From: Perna viridis
Lineage: Eukaryota
Direction: 5' to 3'
Length of the DNA stretch: 64,000 nt
Assembly: GCA_037379345.1 (NCBI GenBank)
Contig: CM074516.1
Location: 26,784,001 to 26,848,000, forward strand
Below are positions 26,761-38,983 of the stretch, one piece after another. Both the position numbers and the translations under genes were made by a program. Below the pieces are notes generated by a model, which was given only the letters and a program-made list of their open reading frames with translations, was not told the DNA's origin and did no database searches. Within the stretch, counting starts at the first letter, position 1. The number at the start of each line of letters is the position of its first letter.

Positions 26761-26846
26761 ATTTGGATGACAAGTTTTTCTGATAAGAATATTCAAATGT
26801 CAACACAAAACATTAGTTAATACTCATATTTACATCCAACTACAGT

Positions 26847-29800
26847 CTACCATTTATATTTAGCATTACTACGCCTTTTCTTCTTTGGTTTGGATTTCTG
26901 ATGACCAGATCCACTTATACTGGTTCCCTGAGCTTGTTCCTTAGCATTACTCTCAACTTTTTTAGACTGCTGGGAACCAGACTTAGCAGTCATCTGATCC
27001 CCTGTTTCTACTGACTGATGACTGTGCCCAGTAGCAGTCTTCTCTTTTTCAATAGAATCACTTTCTTTATTAGAAATGTTTTGACCTCCTGATTTTACAT
27101 GAGTATTTGCAGCATGATTTTGAGAACTTGTGGAACTTCTTAAGTCTTTTGACAAACGAGTTAAATCACCATCCTTTTTTGATTTTTCAACATCTGTTGT
27201 AGCACTAACTTTATAACTGACTTCCTCAATGCAGGATTTTACATCAGAGTGCTTGGATCTAAAGGTTTTGTCTTGCATTTTAGTATTTTTTGATTGATTA
27301 GGCTTGTTTGGTTTAGTACTTTCTCTATTCTTTGTATCACTTCTGCCAGCCTGTTTGTCAACAGCAGGACTTCCTTTGTAAGTCTGCTGCTTTGAGTTAC
27401 CACTATGAAACCTGTTTCTATCAGAGGTTTCATAATTTTGCCTTTGATAGCCACTTTTTGGAGTATTGCCATGACTACCTCTTGGGGTGCCAGAAGGAGT
27501 GCCTCTTCCACCTGATTTCTGACCACGATATTCATAAGTAAAAGAGCGGAATTGTCTTGGAGAATTGTAACTGTGCCAGTTGTCTGTTGGCTGTTTACAG
27601 CTGTCATGTCGACTGTAACCATAACGACCAGGCGTGGAGGAACCCTGCCAATTTCTGTCCTTGAAAGTTTGTTTGTAAGGAGACTCATATGACTTTGAAT
27701 ACTGAAACTTTGGTTTTTGTGTCCTAGAATTACCAACTGGTTTTTTATGAATTTTTGACCTTGCAGGTCCACCATGGTCAGACTTCGAAGACAAACTCTC
27801 TAAAGATTCAGCTCCACTTAGACCACATCCTTTACACAGAAACTCACAAGAGCGTACCATATCAGAGCTCATTTGATCTGCATATAGTTCTGGAGATGAT
27901 TCAGTATTTCGCTCATCATGCAAAAAAAACCTGCCATTAGGAGTCATTCTTCCAGAATTCCCCTGCTCACCTGATGACAAAACTTCTACAGTGGGAGAGC
28001 TATTCTGAGATCTATTATCAAGTACAACTGATTTCTCCTTTGCAACCATTTCAGTTATAATATTTTTCAGATCTTTTTCTATGGATTTGATGTCTTGTTC
28101 ATTTAATTCTTCGCTAGATGTCTGTACATCTATTCCAATCTCATCATTCAGTTTTTTATCCATTAAGAGAGCATTACTTCTTTTCCCCAAATCAGACTGA
28201 CAAATAGACTCGGACTTCATATCATCTATGTCATTCTCACCAACTTTCTGAGAAACATGTGTAAAGCTTTCAACATCAACACCCTTTTCATTTGTTTTAT
28301 CAATACTAATAGAATTTTGAACAGAACTGCTCTCCTGCTTCTCAAATTTCTCTATACCAAGATTATTGACAATGTTAACACTTTCGACGTTTTTTTTTAG
28401 CTTCATTTCATCAATACTCTCAGCTTCAAAAGCTAGTTTCTCAAGTTCTTCTTGTGCCTGAGCTATACACTGATCCTCAACAATGGCTTGAACACTGGCA
28501 GTGAGTAAAGACTCAGTGTCTATTTTTGCAGATAAGCCAACTGATAGGACTTCCTCATCCAGCATGTCTTTCCTTTCATCACACCTACATGGTGCATCAT
28601 CGTACTTTGTTACTTTCATCAAATCAGGTGTGGCAAAGGAAATATCAACAGAATCATTTTCTAATTTTGTCTGTATTTGCATGCCAGCAACATCTGCAAT
28701 GATTGCATGAACACTGCGAGTTAAAGCAAGAGCCTCCTCTTCAAATGTCTGACCTGCCTTAATAATGTCCATGTTTTCTTCATCTTTAGTTCCATTATTT
28801 TCAACTATTGGACCTGCTTTATTTAATTTTGAAGGCTCTACTTCAGGGTTTCCATTTTGATCATATGATTGAAGAGACTGAATCATTGTGCCTTGTTCTA
28901 TATTGTTTATATTTTCTTTGGATTGTCCACCATCTAAATCTTTCCCCACTAAGGCATTCTTATGAGAATCAAAAGTTAGACTGATTTCATCACTATTTGA
29001 GTTGATGTTAACACCTGTATTTTTCTGTACAAGATTCAATTTTGCCAGATAGTTTCCTTTCCCAGATTCACTTTTTTCTTGAACTGTTAGTATTTCTTCA
29101 GCTTCAAAACCTCTTTCTGCTATTTTAGTTTTAACAATGAAACCTTCACCTTGCGTTTCAACTTTAACATCAGCTATAACTGGATTTACTTCCCTTTTTG
29201 GTTCACTACTTGATCTCTTATCACTTTCAGTAGCACATATTCCATTAATATTTTCACTGCCTTTTACTACGATCTCCACATTGTCATCAGACTTGACTAC
29301 TTCAGATGTTTCAGCAAAGTTTTTTTCATCAAAAATTGAATTTATTACCACATTGACTGATCCATTACATGAACTGTTATTCTGAGTATTAGTCAGGCCA
29401 TTGTTCATGGTGTTTTTTTCATATTTCTTCTCATATTCAGTTTCAACAAGAGACAAAAGTGAGGTGAGAAAGCCACTAACTTCCTTCCTGATACAGGACT
29501 CTGTGGAATCTGTTTTTTCAGAGGTTTCCACATCAATTTCAACATTCTTCTCATATTTTTCTCCATTTTCCCTGGGCGATTTTAAAGCATCTGCATAACT
29601 GATGGAGGCTACCTTGGTCTCCTTCGGAAGGTTAGCTATATTTGAACTTTTTGTTCCATTTTCATCACAGAATGATTTGAGTACTTCAGTTAAAGGTTGG
29701 TGCTTTTCAACTAATATATCACTATTTTCCGTCTGATCCTGAACGATGATAGCATTTTCAATAACCTTTTCCTCCATTGGATCCTTTTGTATAGTTTCTT

Positions 29801-30567
29801 CATATAATTGTTTCTCCAGTGGTCTCATGACACAAATCTTTGACTTACTTTCAATGCTTAATGATTCTGATTTTGCAGAAACTACCACATTTTTACTGCT
29901 CTGAACTTTCGATGAATCAACTGTTTTTTTAAATGCATCAACTTTTGTTTTTAAAACAGTCTTGGAGTCTCCCTCATTAACAGTTTCTTGGTCTCCCTTT
30001 AAAAGTTTTATATCCTGTTTCTTTTCTGCAGCATTTTCCCTCACAACCATCAAATTTGGATTGGTCTCTAATCTAACATCTGAATATTTCATTCTAGATG
30101 ACCTTGACTGACCTTGATTATCATTTTGTTTTGACTGTTGAATATGACCTTCAATTTCATTTTTAACTTTGGCCTTTTCAGATGCATTTTCTGTAACAAT
30201 GTTCATATTTGGGTTTGTCTGTAATCTTACATTGATGTATTTCATTCTTGATGATCTCCCTTGGATTCCAGTGTAATCCGTTAGTTTAGACGGACCAGTG
30301 GACTCTATAGCCTCCTTTTGGTTATTTTCTGTAATTCCTGTCAAAGTTGGATTAGTTACATCAGCACTCTTTATTTTGGGTTGCTTTGAATTCTCTTCAC
30401 TGTCTTCCTTTTCAATTTTTTCAGTTTCTTCCATAGGTTTCTCAAGATTATCTTTGTATCCAAAGTTTTCTCTCACAACTTGTAAGTTTGGGTTAGTTTC
30501 TAATCTCACATCTCTACACATTCCATCTTCTGATCTATTTGAGTATTCTGAATAGCCTGCCTGACGT
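26847..30567 (-). CDS. 3.7-kb terminal coding exon of the uncharacterised minus-strand gene
   Basis: Acceptor ttttttcag|ACGT at 30567. The frame stays open to TAG at 26847. Confidence 0.9.
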
Positions 30568-33500
30568 CTGAAAAAAAGTTATTATGAAACCATTTTGAAT
30601 TACAGACTTGAAGAATATTAACTAAGACATCTTTTAAAATAGCAATTCTTTCATGGTAAGAAATTTTAAAATTATATCATTATTCAATTGTAAGAGAGGT
30701 TTGATCAGGTTTAGAGAAGTGCTTGTGGTCAATTTTTTGTTACTTTAGCTAAACACAGAAATATTTAACCATATTTCAATTTAATATTTTTTTTCATCAT
30801 TTGACATGCTTACTTCTCTTGTTTTTTCTTTTTTCTATCCGCATGTTTGTCTTTTCGTCCTCCAAGAGGTGGTAAATTCCTGCAAGGATTGTACATGTTT
30901 TAAAAATGTTGTTTTTATCCAACTCTGAACCAAGTAATTATTTTATCATTATATGATATTGGCGCAACTAATACGTCTCAAATTAATAATATAAAATTTG
31001 TCTTGGACTGGATTGGATATGAATTTCTTGATAAAGGGCCCCACACAGCAGACTAGCCTTTCGAAATCCTCAAGCGTTATTCAAATCATTTGACAATCAG
31101 ATAACATTGCTTACAATAATTCAGTTTTTCTGGACTCTGTTTCGGAGCTTGTATAAAAGGTAGTGAACAGAACAAAATAAGCTATCAGGAATATGAATAC
31201 TATTGTATTTTTTTGCTAACCCTACCGGTGCACCTGGTCCATGTTCCCAGATCTTAGTGAGGTCTGAGTTGCTCATTTACTCTTGTTACTTTGTATGTAC
31301 CGTATTTTCTGGACTATAAGTCGAAATTTTTTTTCAGCAAAGTGTCAGCCTCAACTTATCTAAGGATTTTTCAAGAAAAATGTTCAACAATACATTTCAT
31401 TAGATTTGTTTACTTCACTTTTGTTTGCTTTAGTTCAAAATTTCTGGTGAACTGCAATCAAGGAAAGCCATCACTTCAACAGTCAAACCGGCGATTTAAT
31501 TTGAATATTATTGATGGTTGCCGCTATCCTTTATGAATTAATATGATGATGTTAATAAAACTCTGAAACTTTGAAACCGTTAAACTATATAAATTAACTC
31601 TAGAAGATACATTAACAAGACTCTTTTTCTAACTTGAAAAACATTATGGAGTGATTTGGAGTTTTTGGTCCTTTAATATGCAAATTTACACCCATTTACG
31701 GTATGTCGTAACACATTCGCACATGGCTCAAATTATAATGGCTAATTGTAACCAAATTTGCTGGTAACAATTATTTTTTTACTGTATTTCGTAATACCAG
31801 GTAATATTGTTTACTAATTACCGCTCGCAATTATGACCAATTCATCAAACAAATTTCCCACTTATTTTACACATGGCTGCCCACATTTGACATATTTACT
31901 ATTTCGTACTCCTGATGATCTATGGCTTCAGAGCCATTGACACGCCATTCAATAAAAATAATTAAACTTGTGGACAAAGTACACTTTAACAAAAACAGAT
32001 ACAAAATTAACTCAGAAATCTTATACTTAGTAATATTGCTGGAATAACATGCTGTTGAAAAAACAAACCCCTAAACTTGGATCTCCACAGACAACTATGA
32101 TATAAATGCACACGTCTGACCCTCAACTTGTCTACCAAATTCGACTTATCTATGTTTTTTTCATCGATTTGAGTCAAAATTGGGTAATTCAAATTATAGT
32201 CCGGAAAATACAGTATTTTCCTTATTTTATGTTCTTTGTTGTGTGTGTCTGTTTTCCATGTCTGGTCTTTGTCCCTGTATTACATTCTTTTGAGTTCCGC
32301 TACAACCTTGGTTCCTTTGATTACTCTTTCACGATGCCATAAGCACATACAAACAACTTTCGCTCAGGACAGTGGTTATGTTACATTACTACTTCATAGT
32401 ATTTTTTGTCTTTGGTTTTGGAAATAAAAGTGAACTGAACGAAATCTTCTGAGCCTGGAATTTTTCATGATTTTGAATACTTATGAGAAAAAAATATGGC
32501 TATCAAATATAATAGACTTGTTTATTCAGCAGTTTAAACTGATAGTACACAATTTACATGTATAATAAAAATATAAAAGTGGAATTGTTTTAGAATATCT
32601 ATTTATCTGACTTAAGCTGCTTACTCATTAATCCATCCTTGTGAGAAAATCAGTTCAGCATTGTACCTGGCTTGCTTTATCCAATAATGATCCTGAAAAA
32701 GTACAACCAACTATAAGTAAATTATTTTCCTTGAAAACCTGACAGTTTTCTGAAACATGAAACATTTAAAACACGATAGTTACACTTTACCTACATAATT
32801 AACAAAACACAGGACTGACAGCAAGTTGTTATTCATATTTCTGTAAATTTGTTATTGTTAATTTATCTTTCAATGCAGTCTGTTTCCCAACACAGAATTA
32901 TCTCAAAATCATGCAATATTCACAAATATTTTAGTTTGCCCTAGTTTTTCTGGTTCACAATTGTTTTCTTCCCAGACCCAAGAAGAGGGGACCCTTTTGA
33001 AAGAGTAAACAAGGAAACCAAGATTCTAGCGGAAATCAAAAGAACGTAATCCAGGGACAAAGACCAGACATGGAAAACAGACATACACAACAAAGAACAT
33101 AAAGTAACTAAAATCATACATACAAAGTAATAAAAGTATATGAGCAACTTGGACTCCACTAAAAACTAGTAGAATGGACCAGGTGCACCGGTAGGGTAAG
33201 CATCCTCTGCTTTTCTAGAAACACCAGCCAAGCTGCTCATAAAAAGTCAAGTCTGGTGTAGATGGAAGAGGAAGGAAAAACTATGACACATCGTTCAAAT
33301 CAGTTTTCAAGAAAGAATAACAAAATCACTGGTTTCTTTCTATCCAGACTAACATAGCCCTGTGCTTTGCAGGGGAGTAATTTTTAGTACAGACATCTTG
33401 AAACTTCTTGACTCATTTATACCAGACATTTGGACTGGCAACTGGGAAATTTTTGTTGGACTGAAAACAAATCTGTTGGTCAAATATGTTCATGTTTTCA

Positions 33501-36500
33501 ACTTTGATTGCCAACCATACTTCAGAAATGGAATATTTACTAACCTTTAACATGGTTAAGGTTACACTTGCAAAGTGAGAAACCATTTTTTTACCCAACT
33601 TGCCATTCTGGCTAGTGGAATATTGATCTTGCTAGCCAAATACAAATTCAACTAGCCACATTTTTTGGGGTTTTTTTTTCTGTACTATCATCTGTTTTCT
33701 CTTGGATTTAACTATCTTCTGCCTTTCTTTTTCATTTGTTTTTAAATTTATCAAAAACTTTTCCATTTTTCGAATATTCTCTCCCATTTAAGTTGTTCAT
33801 GTACTTTACAGTAACAAAATAAGTACTCCATTTTTGAACTCATATTTTAAGAGTAAAATTACATTTCACCAGATTATGAAACAAGAAAAATACCGGAAAT
33901 TAAAATGGCAGATCATAAACAATGCTTTACTGCGAGTCAATAAAATCGTGCACATTATGCCAAAATTCACTTGACATATTCAAGCTTAACTTCTTAAAAT
34001 GTAGAAAACATATTTTCAATGTATGATGTGAAGGGATGTTTTACTAAATAATCTGTTGGCTGGTTAACTTTCCTTGGAACTTGCCAATGAAATGACTATT
34101 GAACTATTGAAGTTTATGATTGGTAAAAGAAAATACCTGTGGTCAATCACAACAATTGTAACATGTAGTTATTGGGAAGAAGCGGAAGTTACACATAGTG
34201 TGATTCTTTTCAAATCTGTTGTACTGAATATGTAATTTCTGACTCGAAAAAACATAAAACCATGAAACTAAATTTATATGTATCATTATGGAACAGAATT
34301 AAAGAGTATATTGTTGGACCTTACAAATAAATAATTTCCCGACATTTAGTTCAACAAGATGTCTGTAGAACATGTACTGAGCTGATTTATTCTAATTTTA
34401 GTGAATGTAAATTTTGAAAGAAGACTCAGACTTGTCATTATATTTTCCATACCTTTTTCCTTGTAGCAATTTTATATTGTTCAACCACAGCAGCTTCAAT
34501 ATCCTTTTGAGGAACATCCTTCAAGTAACCCAACTCAAAGATCAACTTCTTGGCATTGACAATATGCCCAAGTGCATTCTTCCTCTGAACAAATTCAAGA
34601 AAGTTTTCAGGTTCAGCCTCCACCTCTTGACATTTTGACACTTCACTTGTCTTGGGTTTTGATTCCATTTCCTTACTTCTTTCGATAGTTGAATCACAAG
34701 TGTTGTCCTTCTTGCCACTACCATTTTTCTGCTGAGACTTATCCTCCATACTTTCATTTTTCTTAACTGTTTCATCCTGACTTTCTTCAGACTGATTTTG
34801 AGACCTCCTGCTTGGGATAATGTATTTTTGTATTGGCTTTTGATGGCATGGCCCAGTAGAACTTGTTTGAAGAGCTTTTCCATTACTTCTATCGACTGAT
34901 GATGGTTTTACTTCAATTGAATTTTTCTCATTTTCCTTTATGTTCTTTTTACCCACATGTTTGTCCTTTTCTGTCTCTGATATAGCTGCTGTTTGTGACT
35001 TGACCTCATCAAATACAGTTTTCTTAGAACTAGTGGCTATATTTTCCTTTACCCGTTGTTTATCTGGTGTTTTACTTTTTCTCTTTTCCCTTTGCTTATC
35101 TTTTCTTTTTGAGTGTTCATTTTTTCCACTCAGTTTACTCATACAAACTGGGATCTTTGGTACCACATACTGAGCATCCTGCCCGCCATTAAAATGTTGG
35201 TCCCCTGTATCTTTTACAGACCCATCTCTACTTTTGACATCAGTGTGGTTATCTCCCTTTAAATCCGACGGTACTTGCACAACTTCAAAACTTAGAAGTT
35301 TCTGATTTTCTGAGTTTTCGTTTACTTTCATTTTAGGTATAGAAAGTTCTTTTTTCTCAGGAACAGTTTCTAGCGGATCAACATTTTTATCTACACCATT
35401 ACTTCCTTCATTTAACATATCAATATCAATATGGAGGAAACTTGAAGTCAGTCTTCTATTGTCATTGGAAGGTAAATCAATGTCCAGAAAACTATTTGAA
35501 AAATCAGTATTAAAATTGTCATTTTTATCATCATGGTTTGAACCAAACTCCTCAGTTGCTGTATCTACTTTGATGAAACTTTCTTCAGACAGAGATTTGG
35601 CTTCAGTACATTCTGCATGATCAACTTCATTCAACATTCTTGTCTTGTGTTCTTCTGTTGTTTCTATGACAACACAGTCTTTGTAGACATGCTCTGAAAC
35701 AAAAACTATGATAATTTAATGCAAACACAAAGAAAAACCAATAAACATTAAAAAGAAACAAGCAACTTGTAGCCATATGTCCCAAGCTGCCACAAAAAAA
35801 AAGTTTGAAGTGCAAAACATACCATTACTCTTGAAAATATGTCAAATCAAAAAGGCAACACAATATGATCAACCAAATACCTACAAATATCTAACAAAAT
35901 CTGTAAAGTGGCATCTGAGATGTGTCCACTAAGTGTTCCTATAGTGTAGCATGTACAAGTTCTACAAAGTCCAATAACTCCTGTATAATTGACAGCACAA
36001 TATCATTAACATTACGGTAAAAATATAGGTCATTTAAAACAGGTGGTGTAAATGTACAGATTAATCTTTTATAGAATACACTACATTGGGATATTTTTTT
36101 CCCAACCTTTTACAGTTGAATTGCCTATTTTTATCAATTGTCTTTACTTAACAATTGATTCATAACAATTTACAACTAGTCAAAATAGATATTTTTAAAT
36201 ATAGGAAATAAATTATGTTTCAAATAAGAAATACGAAAACTTGGTTCTAATGAAGACCAGTATAATATTTCGATATCCATAAGCATTTCTGTTTACTCTG
36301 CCTTTGAAATTCCCAATAGTGTATGAAGTCCTTTGTATCAATAACTGTAGCAACATTAGGAAGCATCAAGCTCTTATTTGACACATCATAATTTTCAATA
36401 TCTGTTCTACTACATCAGTTTAAAATAACTGTAAATATCAAAATAATAATTTCAGCATATACAAATGAAAATTGAGGGAATCATCATGGAATTAATACAC

Positions 36501-38983
36501 TGATAATAGGCAGTTATCCAATGAAATTAAACATTGCAAAATATACACTGGAAAGAAGTTTTATCATTTGTACCTGTGCAAAGTAACAATCGCCACACCA
36601 GAGTTCGGATAGATACCTTTAGTAGAAGGTGTTCCAACATTTTCCCATATAGAGGCTGACATGGCTGGACCACTGACTAACACAGGAACATCAGGACTTG
36701 GAGGATTGACTAATACAGCATCAATCTGGTCTGGCGATGTTGGTGATGATGGTCTTCCTGATTTGGTTATTGAACTTTTGTAGCTACCATCTTTGCTTAC
36801 ATCTGGATTCACATTTGCAGAATTGTTAATGTCTGAAATGTTTAATTCCTTTTATATCATGGAATCAAATGAAATCATTAAGATACTAAGGTACTTAGTA
36901 CCGGTAACCTGGTATACCTACATATGTAAAAATACATTTTATAATGATATAATCTATTTTTTCATCTGAAATTTATGAAAAAAACATTTACCTCTTTGTA
37001 CAAGATATCCTACAGAATAAATTACCTACACATCTCCAATTACTCATGACATTTATCTGTATACTAAGCAGTGTCGTGGTGAAGTTACTGTTATTTAAAA
37101 AAAAGTATGAAAGTCATGAAAATGAACTGTAGTTTAGTGTCAACTAAAAATAAAACAGAAGTCCACAACGAAACATGACTTTTTTTCACAAGCAATTGTC
37201 ATCTGGATTGATTGATTGATTAAGGTAAAACATCCTTTGTAGATGTTCCATGCATTTCAGTACAAGGATTGGCCAATCAAACAGAACCTGCTTTGTACTA
37301 GGCTATATCTTTACAAATGTATTGTGTTAGCTCATAGAAGCAAGAACCCACAGGTAGGCACGCCATCCCACTTGGAAACGTCATTCCAACACGCAGCCAA
37401 CCAATCATAACTCATCCCTATAAATACTGTGTGATTGGCAGAGAAGCCTCTATGTCCTAATTTAGTCTTTGGTGTGACTTGGCCATGATTTAACCCAAGA
37501 CTTCCCACCCTCGTGATCTTGAGAATGATTAATTGCATAAGTTGAAGTATCATAATATACTAATCAAGACATGCTATTTTACTAAAATCAAAGAAAACAG
37601 GATCCAGTGATTTTAAAATTGGGCATTACCCCCCCCCCCCCCCACCACCCCCAACCCAAAACAAATAAAAAATAAAAAAATTAAGGTCCAAGGCTATCAT
37701 TGTCCATATCTTGCCCAAATATTGCCGAATCAACAAATTTTCCATCGTAAGTAGGGACTGATCCAACCATTGGAACACCTGCTGGAACCACCAATGAAAA
37801 TATAGTTGGCATACCATAGGGTGTTTCATTATTTCTTCTCCTCTTGGCTTCAGGACTGCTAGTCATTTTCTTCCCTTTAGATCTGGTATGATAATCATGC
37901 TTTCCTTTCTTGTCAGGAGATTTACTTTCATCAGAACAACTTGTATCTTTGCTTTTATCTCCTACAAAAAAAATTAACAACTCTCTAAAAGCTACTTTTC
38001 TTTCACTTGTGTATATACTGAAGAAAGTGAAAACAGAAAACAATGACTCCGTAGTTATAAATGGTGGGTTGGTGCTCCCCACCCTCAATGACCTAGGTCC
38101 CTCTACCCCAACTGAGTGCCCCCATGCCCCTCTTTATAAAGTGCCCTATTGAAATTTTCATCAACAGCCATCACCAAAGTCATGACTTCATGAAATAAAC
38201 ATTCCAAATAACATTGTTTTTTTTTTTGCCACACAGAATGGGTGTAGTAGAACTATTGGACACATCAGAAGGTCTTGAAGTCTTGAACATTATACACTAG
38301 TGTCCTCCTCCTGTATCCTTCAATTTTTAGATTCTAGCAAAAATACTGGGTAATGTGGCCATTAGACAACTAACCTATCAAAGCCAAAAAAAGGCATACA
38401 CATTCTATAGGCCTTTAATGAATGCACACTCTAAATCTCAAACTGGCCCCTTAAAACAATTATATTTGGGTAATGGAAAAGGCATCACACATTACCCCTT
38501 GGGCAAAACAAATAATATTAAGAAACAGTGTTAACAAGGTATTACATGTACTTGAATTGGAATTATTTTGGATTTAAGAAAATAAGTGAAAAAATTATTT
38601 ATCAATCTTACCCCACTAAGGGGCAAGCTGTCATAACTGAAGGGGGGGAGGAGTTGGTGAGTTTCCTTGACTTTTGTTATCCTAATAACCCTACCCATTA
38701 GCCATGCCAGCATGACTAATCCCCTTAGTAAGGGTTAGTTTTACAAATTCATTTTTGGTCATTTTCTTAATTCCAACATAATTCCAAATTCGAACAATTC
38801 CTTGTTTATAGAAATCCCTAAAGACTAACAAAAGTTTAAGTACGGGTATATACACTGACATTAGCATTACCGGTATATAATGAAAGAACGTTGTGAGCAT
38901 GCTCACACACCCCACACACCCACAGGCATACTCCCAGAGTAGTAGGTCTTACCGAACAACTTTGAAACAAATCTGCTGAACAT
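26847..38983 (-). CDS. Uncharacterised protein of about 1829 aa, mostly low-complexity and disordered (K/E/S-rich, with a basic G/R/S/Y-rich C-terminus)
   Basis: Phase-consistent minus-strand chain: 38983-38953 (ATG, MFSRFVSKLF), 37961-37815, 36832-36617, 35693-34453, 32692-32625, 30879-30814, 30567-26847 (5490 nt, TAG stop). The 1224-aa and 399-aa ORFs are far too long to be chance in this AT-rich DNA. No domain was recognised. Confidence 0.8.
31213..32330 (+). mobile_element. 3' tail fragment of a Penelope-derived non-autonomous repeat, split by a MITE
   Basis: 31213-31299 plus 32214-32330 align to 50264-50464 (cctaccggtgcacctggtccatg...gttttccatgtctggtctttgtcc). Confidence 0.75.
31300..32213. 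mobile_element. 914-bp non-autonomous Tc1/mariner-superfamily (pogo/Tc2-like) DNA transposon
   Basis: TIRs CCGTATTTTCTGGACTATAA / TTATAGTCCGGAAAATACAG, with a TA duplication at 31298-99 and 32214-15. No transposase ORF is present. Confidence 0.85.
33001..33228 (-). mobile_element. Inverted copy of the Penelope-derived tail repeat
   Basis: Reverse complement of about 50237-50464 (aggtgcaccggtagggtaagcatcctctgcttttctagaaacacc). Confidence 0.8.
34453..35693 (-). CDS. 1241-nt internal exon of the uncharacterised minus-strand gene
   Basis: tgtttcag|AG start and AAG|gtatgg end. It contains most of the 399-aa ORF. Confidence 0.85.
37207..37520 (-). mobile_element. Degenerate SINE-like element with an (AATC)n tail
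   Basis: The minus strand has a tRNA-B-box-like head (gggttaaatcatggccaagtcacaccaaagact) and ends in caatcaatcaatcaatc. The family assignment is inference. Confidence 0.5.

Noticed and set aside
27239-29598. Several shadow ORFs overlapping the 1224-aa ORF
   Set aside because: They are alternative-frame or antisense artefacts of a long biased-composition exon.
29581-29601. SYADALK motif suggesting a retroelement Gag origin of the minus-strand gene
   Set aside because: It is a short motif common in disordered proteins. The gene has no zinc knuckle, protease or RT, and has a normal exon structure.
36564-36616. Extension of the exon to a downstream AG|GTACAA donor
   Set aside because: That donor gives phase 2, which is incompatible with the phase-1 acceptor at 35693. 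The donor at 36617 fits.
37628-37657. Poly-C tract (G-quadruplex potential on the minus strand)
   Set aside because: It is a simple intronic homopolymer with no further evidence of function.
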